From contig CAVWKW010000001.1 of assembly GCA_963755705.1 (NCBI GenBank), forward strand, positions 165,884-229,883: a stretch of 64,000 nt of DNA. Reading direction: 5' to 3'. Origin of the DNA: an uncultured delta proteobacterium (GTDB lineage Bacteria > Desulfobacterota > Binatia > Binatales > Binataceae). This document shows, piece after piece, positions 36,366-46,478 of this stretch; the stretch's first letter is position 1; each line of letters begins with the position of its first letter. The notes below the pieces were generated by a model. The model did no database searches and was not told the origin of the DNA. It was given only the letters and a program-made list of their open reading frames with translations. Position numbers and translations under genes: made by a program.

Positions 36366-36917
36366 ATGAATTCACGCAAGCAGCGTCTTCCGTTTCGCGA
36401 TCTATCCACCCTGACCGGAGAGGATCGCGAGACCGCCGACAAGAATCAAATCAACGGCCAGGTCATCAACATCTTTCGCGTGCTGATGAATCATCCGGCC
36501 CTCGCGCGGCGCTGGATGGTGTTCGCGGCGCATGTACTGGGCAAATCGACGCTGCCGGCGCGCGAACGCGAACTCGCGATCCTTCGGATCGGATGGCTCA
36601 ACCAAGCGCCCTACGAATGGGAGCAGCACGTGATTATCGGCAAGCGCTCGGGAATCTCCGACGCGGAGATCGAGCAGATCCAAAAAGGACCGAAGGCGGG
36701 ATGGAACCGGCACGAGGCCGCGATACTCCAGGCCGCCGACGATCTGTTCGAGAACTCGGTCGTGTCGGACCAGACCTGGGCCACGCTCGCCGAGAAATAC
36801 AATACCGAGCAGATGATGGACGTGGTCTTTGCGATCGGCCAGTACAACCTGGTCTCGTGGGCGCTCAACAGCTTCGGCGTCCCGCTCGACGATTTTCTGC
36901 CCGGCGCGAAGAAATAG
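36366..36917 (+). CDS. Carboxymuconolactone decarboxylase (AhpD-like) family protein
   Basis: CMD-family fold pattern (ERELAILRIGWLNQAPYEWEQHV). Confidence 0.7.
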   Translation: MNSRKQRLPFRDLSTLTGEDRETADKNQINGQVINIFRVLMNHPALARRWMVFAAHVLGKSTLPARERELAILRIGWLNQAPYEWEQHVIIGKRSGISDAEIEQIQKGPKAGWNRHEAAILQAADDLFENSVVSDQTWATLAEKYNTEQMMDVVFAIGQYNLVSWALNSFGVPLDDFLPGAKK

Positions 36918-36984
36918 AGCGCCGCGGGTCGAAAGGGTTGTCCGACGCGCAGCACGGCTCGGCGTCGTCCATTGAATATGAACG

Positions 36985-38094
36985 CTAGGAGGATTTTCGG
37001 GGCAAGCGTACGGTGAAACTGGTACCGGCGTCTTCGGTCGAGGTCACAGTGACCGTTCCATGGTGCGCGGCGACTATTTCGCTAACTATGAACAGACCTA
37101 GTCCGAGACTCGTATCGTTGTGAGCCGGATCGCCGCCGCGAACCAAGGGGTCGAAAATAGTCGGAAGCAGCTCGGGGGATATCGGCGAACCCTGGTTGTG
37201 CACTTCGAGCGATACCTGGTCGTTGTCGCTCCTGGCTGAGATTGTGACGGTTTGCCCGCTGCCGTGTTTGATCGCGTTGAGCAGAAGATTGGCGATCACC
37301 TGTTTGAAGCGGTCGATGTCCCAATTGCCCGCCAAATCGCCACTCGACTCGAAAACGATTGGGGAGCCCGGGTTGGTGGATTGGACTTCGCCGACAATTT
37401 CGCGAACGAGCGTTCCGAGATCCGTGGGTGCGGGGGTAATCGGCATCGGACTGCCGAGCCGGCCGCGCGCAAAATCGAGCAGGTCAGTAACCATGCCGGA
37501 TAACCGATGCGCGCTGCTGAGAATACGCGAGACCGATCGAGATTGCTGCTCACTCGATGCGTCCGGGGCCAGCGACGTCGCACTCAGGATAATAGCGTTC
37601 AGCGGGTTGCGTAGGTCGTGGCCCAAAATGCCAAGAAATCGATCGCGGTATTGCATTTCACGGGTTTTGTAATAGGACACCGCCGCCGCCACTTGGTCGT
37701 CGATCACTTGAGCAAACCTCGTGATCTCGTCCGCGCCATTGGTAAAACTGCTTGGGTCGGCGTTGCGCCATAAACGCAGGACGCAAGCGCGTAGCGCGAA
37801 ATACTCGGCCATTATCTGGAGAAGATCGAATCCCGACTCGATTCGAAGCTCGACATGAGCTGGAGTGGGATACTTTGCGGCATCCGTTGATGATTGGTCA
37901 TTCGGTCTGTCGCCACCCCTGCGGTCCGCTTCCGATGTCTCAACTGCGGTAGCGATTTGCCCAATGATAGAATTGGCATGATCGCGCAAAAGCCACTTGG
38001 GTAGCGAAACTTCCCCCGCGAGCTTTCTTGCAAAATCTTCCCACTCTCGAAGAATTTGCTCCGTATTAGCCCTTATGAATTCAGATAGATGCAT
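36985..38094 (-). CDS. Sensor histidine kinase (HisKA + HATPase_c)
   Basis: H-box HDLRNPLNAI. N/G boxes LLLNAIKHGSG and GLGLGLFIVSEIV. Start at MHLSEF (38094). Confidence 0.8.
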   Translation of the reverse strand: MHLSEFIRANTEQILREWEDFARKLAGEVSLPKWLLRDHANSIIGQIATAVETSEADRRGGDRPNDQSSTDAAKYPTPAHVELRIESGFDLLQIMAEYFALRACVLRLWRNADPSSFTNGADEITRFAQVIDDQVAAAVSYYKTREMQYRDRFLGILGHDLRNPLNAIILSATSLAPDASSEQQSRSVSRILSSAHRLSGMVTDLLDFARGRLGSPMPITPAPTDLGTLVREIVGEVQSTNPGSPIVFESSGDLAGNWDIDRFKQVIANLLLNAIKHGSGQTVTISARSDNDQVSLEVHNQGSPISPELLPTIFDPLVRGGDPAHNDTSLGLGLFIVSEIVAAHHGTVTVTSTEDAGTSFTVRLPRKSS

Positions 38095-38344
38095 TGCCTG
38101 GTCATGGTTATAGGAAGTAATGCCGCCTCGGGTTGAACGTTGCGGAGGGGCAATCGTCAATCCGGGGATGTTCTCGGCGATCGTGGCTCGCATTCAATAT
38201 TGCACGCCTGATTCCACACGGTTGTCGGGACTCGATGGCGCGGACTGTCGTTACCGCATTTGCGCCTTCCGGACTCTTCAAAGTGAACCCCCAGGTAACG
38301 TTTCATCGAGTGATATCATAAATTGGGGTCTGTCTGAAAAAGGA

Positions 38345-38375
38345 AGGGCAGCGCTGAGGCGCTGCCCTTCGGGTT
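38345..38375 (-). terminator. Hairpin terminator after the LLM oxidoreductase gene
   Basis: GGGCAGCGC-tgag-GCGCTGCCC flanked by an A-run (+) and TTCCTTTTT (minus-strand sense). Confidence 0.45.
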
Positions 38376-38404
38376 CCGTGGCGATTAGAAAACGATCGCG
38401 CTCG

Positions 38405-39490
38405 TCAGGCGGCCTCGGCCTTGAGGCCGTTGAGTTTCTTCAACTCCGGCATCACTTCGGCGGCGAACAGGCGCAGGCTCTTTTCCGCGTCGTCAATCGG
38501 CATGCCCGCGTAACTGAACACGCCAGTATAATGATCCGCATTTACCTTCTTGCGGATTTCATCGATCTTGTTGAAGCAGTCTTCGGGCGTCCCCCACACT
38601 TGCAGGTTGAGGAAATACTCGATCGACGCGTCCTTGTTCTCGCCCTGCAGCGCTTTGGAGGCCTGTGCGTAATACTCGTAGCCCTTGGCCTTGCCGAAAT
38701 GGTCGCTCGCCATCTCGTAGTGGCGCAGCGCGGTCTGCCAATAGCCGCCGATATATTTGACCGCCATCTCGCGCGCGCGGTCGCGGTTCTTGTCGCAGTA
38801 CGTCCATCCCGCCGCGATCGTCGGCAGCGGTTCGCCGCCGTTCACCTGCTTGTAGATCGTTCGGTACTCGGCCAGCTCCTGCGCGACAGCTTCCCATGGC
38901 TTTTGCGGGATGATCAGGATACCGATGCCGAGCTTGGCCATGATTCGCGCCGACTCGGGCGAGACTGCGGCGGCGTAGGTGCGGCCCTTGAACGACTTGA
39001 ACGGCTTGGGACGAATATCGCGCCGCGGCTGCTTCAGATAGGTGCCGTCGTACTCCATGTACCCGCGCTCGAGCGCTTCGAGAATCGCGGTCGAATACTC
39101 GATAAAGCGCTCGCGCGACTCGCCCATCTCGAGCCGGAAGCCGTCGTACTCGATCCGCGCAAGCCCGCGGCCCAGTCCCAGGATCATGCGGCCGTTGGAT
39201 TGATGGTCAACCACCGAGACCTGTTCGGCCACGCGTATCGGATCGTGCCACGGCACCACCACGACCATCGAGCCAAGCTGGATGTTCTTGGTGCGGCCGG
39301 CGTAATAGCTCAGGAACTGCAGCACGTCGGGGCACATCGTGTAGTCGTCGAAATGATGTTCGACGCTCCAGATCGAATCGAATCCGAGCGGTTCGTACAG
39401 GTCTCCGATCCGGAGATCCTCGCGATAGACGTCGCGGTCCGAACGAACATTCATCGGGTTTTGGAAAATTACTGCACCGCCAACTTTCAT
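38405..39490 (-). CDS. LLM-class flavin-dependent oxidoreductase (luciferase-like monooxygenase)
   Basis: MKVGGAVIFQNP...LGFDSIWSVEHHF is typical of LLM proteins. GGAGG RBS before ATG at 39490. Confidence 0.8.
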   Translation of the reverse strand: MKVGGAVIFQNPMNVRSDRDVYREDLRIGDLYEPLGFDSIWSVEHHFDDYTMCPDVLQFLSYYAGRTKNIQLGSMVVVVPWHDPIRVAEQVSVVDHQSNGRMILGLGRGLARIEYDGFRLEMGESRERFIEYSTAILEALERGYMEYDGTYLKQPRRDIRPKPFKSFKGRTYAAAVSPESARIMAKLGIGILIIPQKPWEAVAQELAEYRTIYKQVNGGEPLPTIAAGWTYCDKNRDRAREMAVKYIGGYWQTALRHYEMASDHFGKAKGYEYYAQASKALQGENKDASIEYFLNLQVWGTPEDCFNKIDEIRKKVNADHYTGVFSYAGMPIDDAEKSLRLFAAEVMPELKKLNGLKAEAA

Positions 39491-39711
39491 GCGTTTTCCT
39501 CCAAGGAGCTTCCGGCGCGTCGGCGCCGCGCAAGGCAAATCTTCAAAGCTGCTACCACGTCCCGCTCGGCATTGCAAAAGCCACAAACTAAACGGTCGGT
39601 ATGTCAGCCTCGGGCGAATCCTTTACGCATCGTTTACCTATCAGCTCGCCGCTCTCGCTTGCCTTCACGATGCCCGCGCGCGATTACTATTTCAGCATTA
39701 AGGAGCCGGAT

Positions 39712-40869
39712 ATGCGACGGGAAATTTTCACCGAAGAGCATGAGCTGTTTCGCGCCCAGGTGCGCAGGTTTGTCGAAAAGGAGATCGAACCCAAAGTGGA
39801 GCAGTGGAATCGCGCCGGAATCAGCGACCGCGACTCATGGCGCAAGCTCGGCGCCGCGGGCTACCTGGGCGCGAATGCTCCGGCCGAGTTCGGGGGAGCC
39901 GGCGCCGATTTCCTCTACGACGCGATCGTGATCGAGGAGCTTGCGAGGGTGCGCGCCCACGGCCTCATGATGGGGCTGCATTCGGACATCTGCATGCCCT
40001 ACATCAACACCTACGGCAGCGCCGAACAGAAGCATCGCTATTTAACCGGCGCGATCAGCGGCGAGCTGATCCTTGCGATCGCGATGACCGAGCCGGGCAC
40101 CGGCTCCGACCTGGCCGCGGTCCGCACCACCGCGCGCCGCGACGGCGACAGCTACGTTATCAACGGCTCGAAGATCTTCATCTCGAACGGACAGCTCGCG
40201 GATCTGATGATCGTCGTGGCGAAGACCGATCCGAACGCGAACCCTCCGCATCGCGGAATCAGCCTCCTTCTGGTCGAGGGCAACGCACCCGGCTTCGTAC
40301 GCGGGCGCAAGCTCGACAAGCTTGGGCTGAAAGGCCAGGACACCAGCGAGCTGTTTTTCGAGGATTGCCGCGTTCCGATCCAGAACCTGCTCGGCAAAGA
40401 GGGGCAGGGATTCAAGATGCTGATGGAGAAGCTGCAGCAGGAACGACTGGTGGCCGCGATCGGCGCGGTCGAGAGCTCGCGCCGATGCCTCGACGACACG
40501 ATCGCGTACACCAAGGAGCGCCGCGCCTTCGGCCAGCCAATCTCGTCGTTCCAGAACACGCAGTTCCGGCTGGCCGAGATGGCGACCGAGGTGGAAGTCG
40601 GGCGCGTATTCGTCGATCGCCTGATGGCGGCGCACGTGCGCGGCGAGGAGCTGGTCACCGAGGTCAGCATGGCGAAGTGGTGGACGACGGACCTGCTGAA
40701 GCGCGTATCGAGCAGTTGCCTGCAACTCTTCGGCGGCTACGGCTTCATGATGGAGTATCCGGTAGCGACCGACTACGCCGACGCGGCGGTGCAATCGATC
40801 TACGCGGGCACCAACGAAATCATGAAGGTAATAATCGCCCGCCGCATGGGCCTGGATAATCGCAACTAG
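39712..40869 (+). CDS. Acyl-CoA dehydrogenase
   Basis: AAGGAG RBS. MRREIFTEEHELFR..., ILAIAMTEPGTGSDL, and C-terminal FGGYGFMMEYPV motifs. Confidence 0.85.
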   Translation: MRREIFTEEHELFRAQVRRFVEKEIEPKVEQWNRAGISDRDSWRKLGAAGYLGANAPAEFGGAGADFLYDAIVIEELARVRAHGLMMGLHSDICMPYINTYGSAEQKHRYLTGAISGELILAIAMTEPGTGSDLAAVRTTARRDGDSYVINGSKIFISNGQLADLMIVVAKTDPNANPPHRGISLLLVEGNAPGFVRGRKLDKLGLKGQDTSELFFEDCRVPIQNLLGKEGQGFKMLMEKLQQERLVAAIGAVESSRRCLDDTIAYTKERRAFGQPISSFQNTQFRLAEMATEVEVGRVFVDRLMAAHVRGEELVTEVSMAKWWTTDLLKRVSSSCLQLFGGYGFMMEYPVATDYADAAVQSIYAGTNEIMKVIIARRMGLDNRN

Positions 40870-40893
40870 CGCGAATCACAGCTGGCGTCTGAC

Positions 40894-41637
40894 GTGAAAC
40901 GCTTCATCGGGTGCATATTCTCGCTTCTCTGCATCGCCGCGATCTGTACGCCGCAATTGACGCCTTCATTCGCCGCCGAGCCCGCCGGGAGCCATTCGCG
41001 TGTGGTCCATCACGAGTCAGAGAACGGCGCTGCCGCGCTCACGTATCCTATCGACCTCGGGGAGGATTTTGTTTTTAGCGCAAATCTGACGCTGCCCAAA
41101 GTTCGCAATAATAGGGGGTGGTACTGTGTTTGGCTTATGGTCAGCGACTTAAAGAACACGACCCAGCATCCATCGATGCTACAAGTCGGGTTGATGCGCT
41201 GGGACCAGAGCAACTTTCAGGCACAGCCGTTCATCACAACGGAGGAATCGGCCCACGAGTTCAAGTTCAGAGCAATCCCGAGGAATCTATCCACTCACCA
41301 CAGGTTTTCAATAGCCGCTGATCATTCAACCCTAACCCTGGCAATGGACGGCAACGCGCTCATGTCCGCGCCACGCGTTGAGTTCTTCAAGGACGACTCG
41401 CGAATTTATTTGAAGATAGCAGCGGAGGTTTTTGCGGTCGGCGACACGGCGTCAGGATTGGTGAACAATGTCACACTCGGCCGAGGCGCCGCAAAAAAGG
41501 ACCCGCCGATTTCCAACGCGGCGTTCGAAGATCGCGGTCTCAAGTTTCTGTGCAAAGGCAACGGTCAATGGGAAGCGACGGGAGAATTCGATCCAAAAAT
41601 AGGCTTTGTGCAATATGTTCCTCCGGAGTGCGGTTAA
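40894..41637 (+). CDS. Secreted hypothetical protein (signal peptide MKRFIGCIFSLLCIAAICTP)
   Basis: Clear signal peptide. No known motifs. Locally lower GC than surroundings. Confidence 0.5.
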   Translation: MKRFIGCIFSLLCIAAICTPQLTPSFAAEPAGSHSRVVHHESENGAAALTYPIDLGEDFVFSANLTLPKVRNNRGWYCVWLMVSDLKNTTQHPSMLQVGLMRWDQSNFQAQPFITTEESAHEFKFRAIPRNLSTHHRFSIAADHSTLTLAMDGNALMSAPRVEFFKDDSRIYLKIAAEVFAVGDTASGLVNNVTLGRGAAKKDPPISNAAFEDRGLKFLCKGNGQWEATGEFDPKIGFVQYVPPECG

Positions 41638-41818
41638 AGGGATTGACCTTGGATCTCATTTCAAATCATCGATGGACGATCCGGGCGCCGCGAAACTCAA
41701 CGAGGAGGACTAGGGCGCGCGCATAGAGAACGCTGCGCAAAAGCCGCTTCGAGCGGTACAATCACGCCCGGATCGGTTTGCCACCATCCATTCGCGTGAA
41801 ACGCCAGAGGTTACAGCA

Positions 41819-43042
41819 GTGAACAAAAGTAATTCGCAGGATGAAAGCGGTTCGGCCTACTACCTTTCCCAGCCCCAAGCCGATCTCGATTTGGTATCAG
41901 TCGTCAGGGCCACGCCAAGCGGTGAGCTACTGCGCCGCTATTGGCATCCGATCGCGGTTGCATCGGAAGTCGGCGAGCTTCCGGTCGCGATGCGCGCGCT
42001 CGGCGAGGATCTGATTCTGTTCAAGACGCCAACGGGTGAATTTGGCCTCGTCTATCCGCGATGCTGTCATCGGGGCACCACTTTGTACTACGGGAAAGTT
42101 GAAGAACGCGGCATTCGATGTTGCTATCACGGATGGCTATTCAGCCCGGACGGCCGATGCCTCGATCAGCCCTGCGAACCGGGCGGCGGCGACAAGCGCG
42201 ACAACTATCGGCAGCCATGGTATCCGGTACGCGAACGTTACGGCCTCGTGTTCGCCTATCTCGGCCCATCGGATCGCATACCTATACTTCCCCGATATGA
42301 GGCGCTGGAGGTCTTACAGCCCGATGAATGGATCGAACCGGACGGCAGGAGCCTCGGATCAGGCGGCGATGTGATCGCGCCCTGCAACTGGTTTCAGCAT
42401 TGGGAAAACGTGATGGACCCTTATCACGTCGCGATCCTTCATTCGGCATTTAGTGGAATCCAGTTTATTCCCGAGATGGCTCAGATGCCCGATGTTTCCT
42501 TCGAGCCTTCGCCAATTGGCGTTACCAGCACGCAGATCAGAAACCTCGAGGGCAAAGTATTCCGGCGCGTCACCGAAGTGGCGATGCCGACGCTGCGCGT
42601 GGTTCCGAACCCGTGGGCGACGGGGTTCAATAGGCCCGTTGAATCGATTGGTTGGACGCTTCCTATCGACGACACGCACTACCGAATTTTCACTGCCGGC
42701 CGTGCCACGAAATCCGGACCTCTTTATTATCCGCCGAAAGGTCTCATGAGTGGGAATCGGCGCTGGCAGGACATGTCCGAAGAGGAGCGGCAGCGCAAGC
42801 CAGGCGATTGGGAGGCGCAAACCGGACAGGGAGCAATCACGTATCACTCCGAAGAGCATCTTGCGTCTTCAGACCGCGGTATCGCGATGCTGCGGCGGTT
42901 TTTTCGCAAACAGATCGAGACGGTGGCCGCCGGCGGCAACCCTGCAGGCACGATCTTCGAGGAAGGCGATGGACCAGTGAAATTCGCCGCCGGTAACTAT
43001 CTGGAAGAACCCGCCAACATGCCGTCGTCAACGGCCCGATAA
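41819..43042 (+). CDS. Rieske [2Fe-2S] non-heme iron oxygenase, alpha subunit-like
   Basis: Rieske ligands CCHRG...CCYHGW (CxH-x17-CxxH), followed by a catalytic domain with His/Asp-rich segments. Confidence 0.8.
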   Translation: MNKSNSQDESGSAYYLSQPQADLDLVSVVRATPSGELLRRYWHPIAVASEVGELPVAMRALGEDLILFKTPTGEFGLVYPRCCHRGTTLYYGKVEERGIRCCYHGWLFSPDGRCLDQPCEPGGGDKRDNYRQPWYPVRERYGLVFAYLGPSDRIPILPRYEALEVLQPDEWIEPDGRSLGSGGDVIAPCNWFQHWENVMDPYHVAILHSAFSGIQFIPEMAQMPDVSFEPSPIGVTSTQIRNLEGKVFRRVTEVAMPTLRVVPNPWATGFNRPVESIGWTLPIDDTHYRIFTAGRATKSGPLYYPPKGLMSGNRRWQDMSEEERQRKPGDWEAQTGQGAITYHSEEHLASSDRGIAMLRRFFRKQIETVAAGGNPAGTIFEEGDGPVKFAAGNYLEEPANMPSSTAR

Positions 43043-43075
43043 AAGAAAAGGCGGTCCGGCTGGACCGCCTTTTTT
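43041..43075. terminator. Bidirectional rho-independent terminator between convergent genes
   Basis: AAAAGAAAA-GGCGGTCC-ggct-GGACCGCC-TTTTTT. Confidence 0.7.
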
Positions 43076-43094
43076 GGATAGTAGAAACTATCAC

Positions 43095-44279
43095 TCAGCC
43101 GATTTCGCGGCCTACTACCGATACGAAGCTGACGCAGCGGCCCGGGGCGCCGCCGAGGTTGTGCGTAAGTCCGAGCTTGGGGTCGTTGATTTGGCGCTTG
43201 CCGGCTTCGCCGCGGAATTGGAGCCACATCTCGTACATCATGCGCAGGCCCGAGGCGCCGATCGGATGGCCGAATGACTTGAGGCCGCCGTCCGGATTCA
43301 CCGGGAGCTTGCCGTCGAGGTCGAAGTATCCGTCCATCACGTCCTGCCATGCGGTCCCGCGCCTGCTGAAGCCGAGATCCTCGTAGAGCACGAGCTCGGT
43401 CGGAGTAAAGCAGTCATGGACTTCGGCCATGCTGATCTGCGCGCGAGCGTCGGTGATTCCCGCTTGCGAGTACGCGTCTTTCGCCGAGGCGACGACTTCG
43501 CGGAAGGTCGTGAAGTCATAGTCCTGCGACAGCGGCCCCTCCGCCGGTCCCGCGACGAACGACAGCGCCTTGATGTAGATCGGATTCTTGCAGTACTTGT
43601 GCGCGTCTTCGGCGCGAACGATTATCGCCGCCGCCGAGCCGTCCGACACGCCAGAGCAATCCATGATCCCGAGCGGGTCGGCGATCTTGGGCGAGTTCTT
43701 GATCGTCTCGATCGGCACTTCTTTCTGGAACTGCGCCTTGGGATTTTTTGCGCCGTTCTTGTGATTCTTCCACGCGATACGCGAAAGGACGTCCTTGCCC
43801 TTGTCGGGATCGAGTCCGTACTTCTTGAAGTACGCGGGTGCGAGCAGCGAGAAGGACGCCGGCGCCGTCATGTTCCCGTCGGTGCCGTCGTTGGGCGGCG
43901 CGGACATCACAAGGCCCGAGTAGCCCGAGTCCTTGAGCTTCTCGACTCCTATCGCCATCACGATATCGAACGCACCCGACGCAACCGCGTAACACGCCTG
44001 GCGCATCGCTTCGGACCCGGTCGCGCACATGTTCTCGACCCGGGTAACCGGCTTGTACTGAATCTTGAGCGGCTCAGAGAGTGTCAGTCCCGAGATTCCC
44101 GAGCCCATCGTGCCGAGCCAGTAGGCGTCGATGTCGTCCGGGTTCACTCCAGCCGAGGCGTAGGCCTCATAGGCGGCTTCGCAGAGCAAATCTTCGGGTC
44201 CTTTGTCCCAATGCTCGCCGAACTTGGTGCATCCCATTCCGATGATCGCGACGCGATCCTTGATTCCTCTGCTTGCCAT
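43095..44279 (-). CDS. Thiolase-like protein (acetoacetyl-CoA thiolase / SCP-x-type)
   Basis: VAIIGMGCTKFGE, NMCATGSEAM (active-site Cys) and the C-terminal thiolase region. Confidence 0.8.
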   Translation of the reverse strand: MASRGIKDRVAIIGMGCTKFGEHWDKGPEDLLCEAAYEAYASAGVNPDDIDAYWLGTMGSGISGLTLSEPLKIQYKPVTRVENMCATGSEAMRQACYAVASGAFDIVMAIGVEKLKDSGYSGLVMSAPPNDGTDGNMTAPASFSLLAPAYFKKYGLDPDKGKDVLSRIAWKNHKNGAKNPKAQFQKEVPIETIKNSPKIADPLGIMDCSGVSDGSAAAIIVRAEDAHKYCKNPIYIKALSFVAGPAEGPLSQDYDFTTFREVVASAKDAYSQAGITDARAQISMAEVHDCFTPTELVLYEDLGFSRRGTAWQDVMDGYFDLDGKLPVNPDGGLKSFGHPIGASGLRMMYEMWLQFRGEAGKRQINDPKLGLTHNLGGAPGRCVSFVSVVGREIG

Positions 44280-44297
44280 GAACCGTTCTCCTCGCGC

Positions 44298-45713
44298 CTA
44301 GCGCTTAGGCCGTGCCTTCCAGAAATAGTTATGAACGCCGTCGGCAGTAAACAGGCGGCGGAATGTCATTTCCACTTCGTCACCGATCGCAACTTTCTCG
44401 GGCTCGCAATCCGTCATCTCGCACAGAAAGCGTCCGCCGCCCTCGAAGTCTATCACAACATTGACCGTGGGGGGATTGAGCGAGAATGCCAGCCGGTCGA
44501 TTGCGTAGGTCGCGATTTTTGCGGTGCGATCCGCAAACGCGTACGGCTCCATCTTGTCGAACGCGCGGCACTTGAAGCATACCCGCTGGGGCGGAAGCTG
44601 CGGAGTTCCGCACGCAGTGCACTTCGAGCCGACGAAGCCAAACTTCCACTGCTGCGACCGGAGCATCGGAGGACCGGCGGGACGTTCCGGATCAGGACGC
44701 CGGGGAGGTTCCGTCGGCAGGATCTCGCGCCACTTGAGGTAGCTGCCGTAGGTCACGTCACCCTTGGATTCGATCTGCATCCCGACCGACCGGATCGGTT
44801 TGAAGCTCGCGATCGCCGGCGTCGCGCGCAGCAGGATCGCGTCGGCGCCGTCGGCGACGGAGGCGACCAGTACGCGCTCGCCCGGCTTAAGAGAAGGCAG
44901 CACGCCCGCGAGCATCAACCCCGGATGCGCGGCGCCGGTCTGACCGACGGTAAGCGCGAAGTTGTCGCCGAGCTTCGGCGGGTCGAGTTTCATCCCGCGG
45001 ATAATCTCGTCAGCCGCGCGCGGATTAGGCGCGTCGAGGATGACTTTGGTCAGATCGCCGGGTGCGACCTTCGCCTTGGCCAGAACGTCGGCAATCGCTT
45101 TACCCAAAAGGGGAGAGTACGCCTGCGTTAGCGTGAAGCGCTCTTCCCACGAATGCCCAAAGCGCTCGCCGGGTGCGCGCCAGGTGTCCATGAACTCGCG
45201 GGTGAGCGATGCGGTGGCTTCGATTTCCGCGATGACGTGTTCGGTCCCGAGCACGAAGGCTACCGCACCGTCGCCATTTTGCTGCTCGGCCTTGCCCTCG
45301 GGTGCGCCCAGGCGCGCGTCGCCGATCGCGACGATTGCGTTGGTCTTCGAGCCGGACGCGGCGTCCGCACCCTGCAGAATCGCGGAGATTCCCGCGCGGA
45401 CTGAGCCGGTCAGATCGACCGCGCGGATATTGGGCGGCATCCGGGTGGCGGCGGCCACAATCGCGGCATTGAGCTTTTCACCATAAGGCGGCGTCGTGGT
45501 TGCGAAGATCAGTGCTCCGATCGGCGCGGACGCCGCAGGAGCCGCCTTCAGCGCGTCGCGCACCGCTTCGACCGCCATCGAAGCCGAATCCTCATCGAAG
45601 CTGGCGACAGAGCGCTCGCCCTTTGAAGCGGCAACTCCCAGCATCTGCGCAATCGCGGCGCGTTTGAGCCGCCGATAGGGGATATATGAGCCGTATGAAA
45701 CAATTCCAGCCAT
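44298..45713 (-). CDS. HMG-CoA synthase-like condensing enzyme fused to a C-terminal DUF35 (Zn-ribbon + OB-fold) domain
   Basis: N-terminus MAGIVSYGSYIPYRRLKRAAIA matches the archaeal-type HMG-CoA synthase start. The C-terminal ~120 aa (KCTACGTPQLPPQRVCFKCRAF...VVIDFEGGGRF...) is a DUF35/ChsH2-like rubredoxin ribbon + OB fold. Confidence 0.7.
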   Translation of the reverse strand: MAGIVSYGSYIPYRRLKRAAIAQMLGVAASKGERSVASFDEDSASMAVEAVRDALKAAPAASAPIGALIFATTTPPYGEKLNAAIVAAATRMPPNIRAVDLTGSVRAGISAILQGADAASGSKTNAIVAIGDARLGAPEGKAEQQNGDGAVAFVLGTEHVIAEIEATASLTREFMDTWRAPGERFGHSWEERFTLTQAYSPLLGKAIADVLAKAKVAPGDLTKVILDAPNPRAADEIIRGMKLDPPKLGDNFALTVGQTGAAHPGLMLAGVLPSLKPGERVLVASVADGADAILLRATPAIASFKPIRSVGMQIESKGDVTYGSYLKWREILPTEPPRRPDPERPAGPPMLRSQQWKFGFVGSKCTACGTPQLPPQRVCFKCRAFDKMEPYAFADRTAKIATYAIDRLAFSLNPPTVNVVIDFEGGGRFLCEMTDCEPEKVAIGDEVEMTFRRLFTADGVHNYFWKARPKR

Positions 45714-45982
45714 GGGCGCATTAAAGGCCGTGCCGATTCATCCGTCAACCCGAGGCTTCATTACGTCGGCGCGGGGTGCGCACGCGCCGCTTACCGAAGG
45801 CGGCCGAAATCCGCGCGTTTGTTGAGGTTCCGGCGGTTTCGTGAATTGGCCTCTATCCTCACGCGCAGAAAAAACCTATCATTAAGGCATAACGCTCGGA
45901 TGCCTTCCTGTACTCAGACCCGGGATGGTCCCGGGGTCTCTGTTCGATTGCTTCCCGGCATTTACTGATGGAGGGGCACTTA

Positions 45983-46345
45983 ATGCCCAGCAAATTGTAT
46001 GTAGGCAACCTTGCCTACTCGGTTACTAGCCACGATCTGGAAGACCTGTTCGCGCAGGCCGGCGCGGTTCAGAGCGCTGCGGTCATCACGGACAAGTTCT
46101 CGGGTCAGTCAAAGGGATTCGGATTCGTCGAGATGTCGACGCCGGAGGAAGCTGCAAAGGCAATCCAGCTCCTGAACGAGACCGAGCTCAAGGGACGCAA
46201 CATCCGCGTCAACGAAGCCAAGCCGCGTGAATCCGGCTTTGGCGGAGGCGGCGGTGGTGGAGGCGGCGGACAGCGTCGTGGTGGTGGCGGCGGCGGTGGT
46301 GGAGGCGGAGAGCGCCGAGGTGGCGGCGGCGGAAACCGCTGGTAA
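45983..46345 (+). CDS. RRM-type RNA-binding protein with Gly/Arg-rich C-terminal tail
   Basis: RNP2 LYVGNL and RNP1 KGFGFVEM, followed by GGGGGGGGGQRRGGGGGGGGGGERRGGGGG. Confidence 0.8.
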   Translation: MPSKLYVGNLAYSVTSHDLEDLFAQAGAVQSAAVITDKFSGQSKGFGFVEMSTPEEAAKAIQLLNETELKGRNIRVNEAKPRESGFGGGGGGGGGGQRRGGGGGGGGGGERRGGGGGNRW

Positions 46346-46358
46346 TATCATAACCAAG

Positions 46359-46393
46359 CTGGGCGGGCAGGCGATGCCCGCCCAGTCATTTTC
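46359..46393 (+). terminator. Rho-independent terminator after RRM gene 1
   Basis: CTGGGCGGGCA-ggcga-TGCCCGCCCAG followed by TCATTTTC. Confidence 0.65.
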
Positions 46394-46478
46394 GAGAAAG
46401 GGGACGCGGACGCGGTGTTTTTAGCCGCATGAAATGGTTCCGCGCGTCCACGTTCCGTTCATCCATGGAGGTTACGAC

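Noticed and set aside
38120-39931. 603-aa ORF on the + strand
   Set aside because: Lies entirely antisense to the well-supported LLM oxidoreductase gene (38405-39490, minus strand). Arg/Ala-rich composition typical of GC-rich antisense frames.
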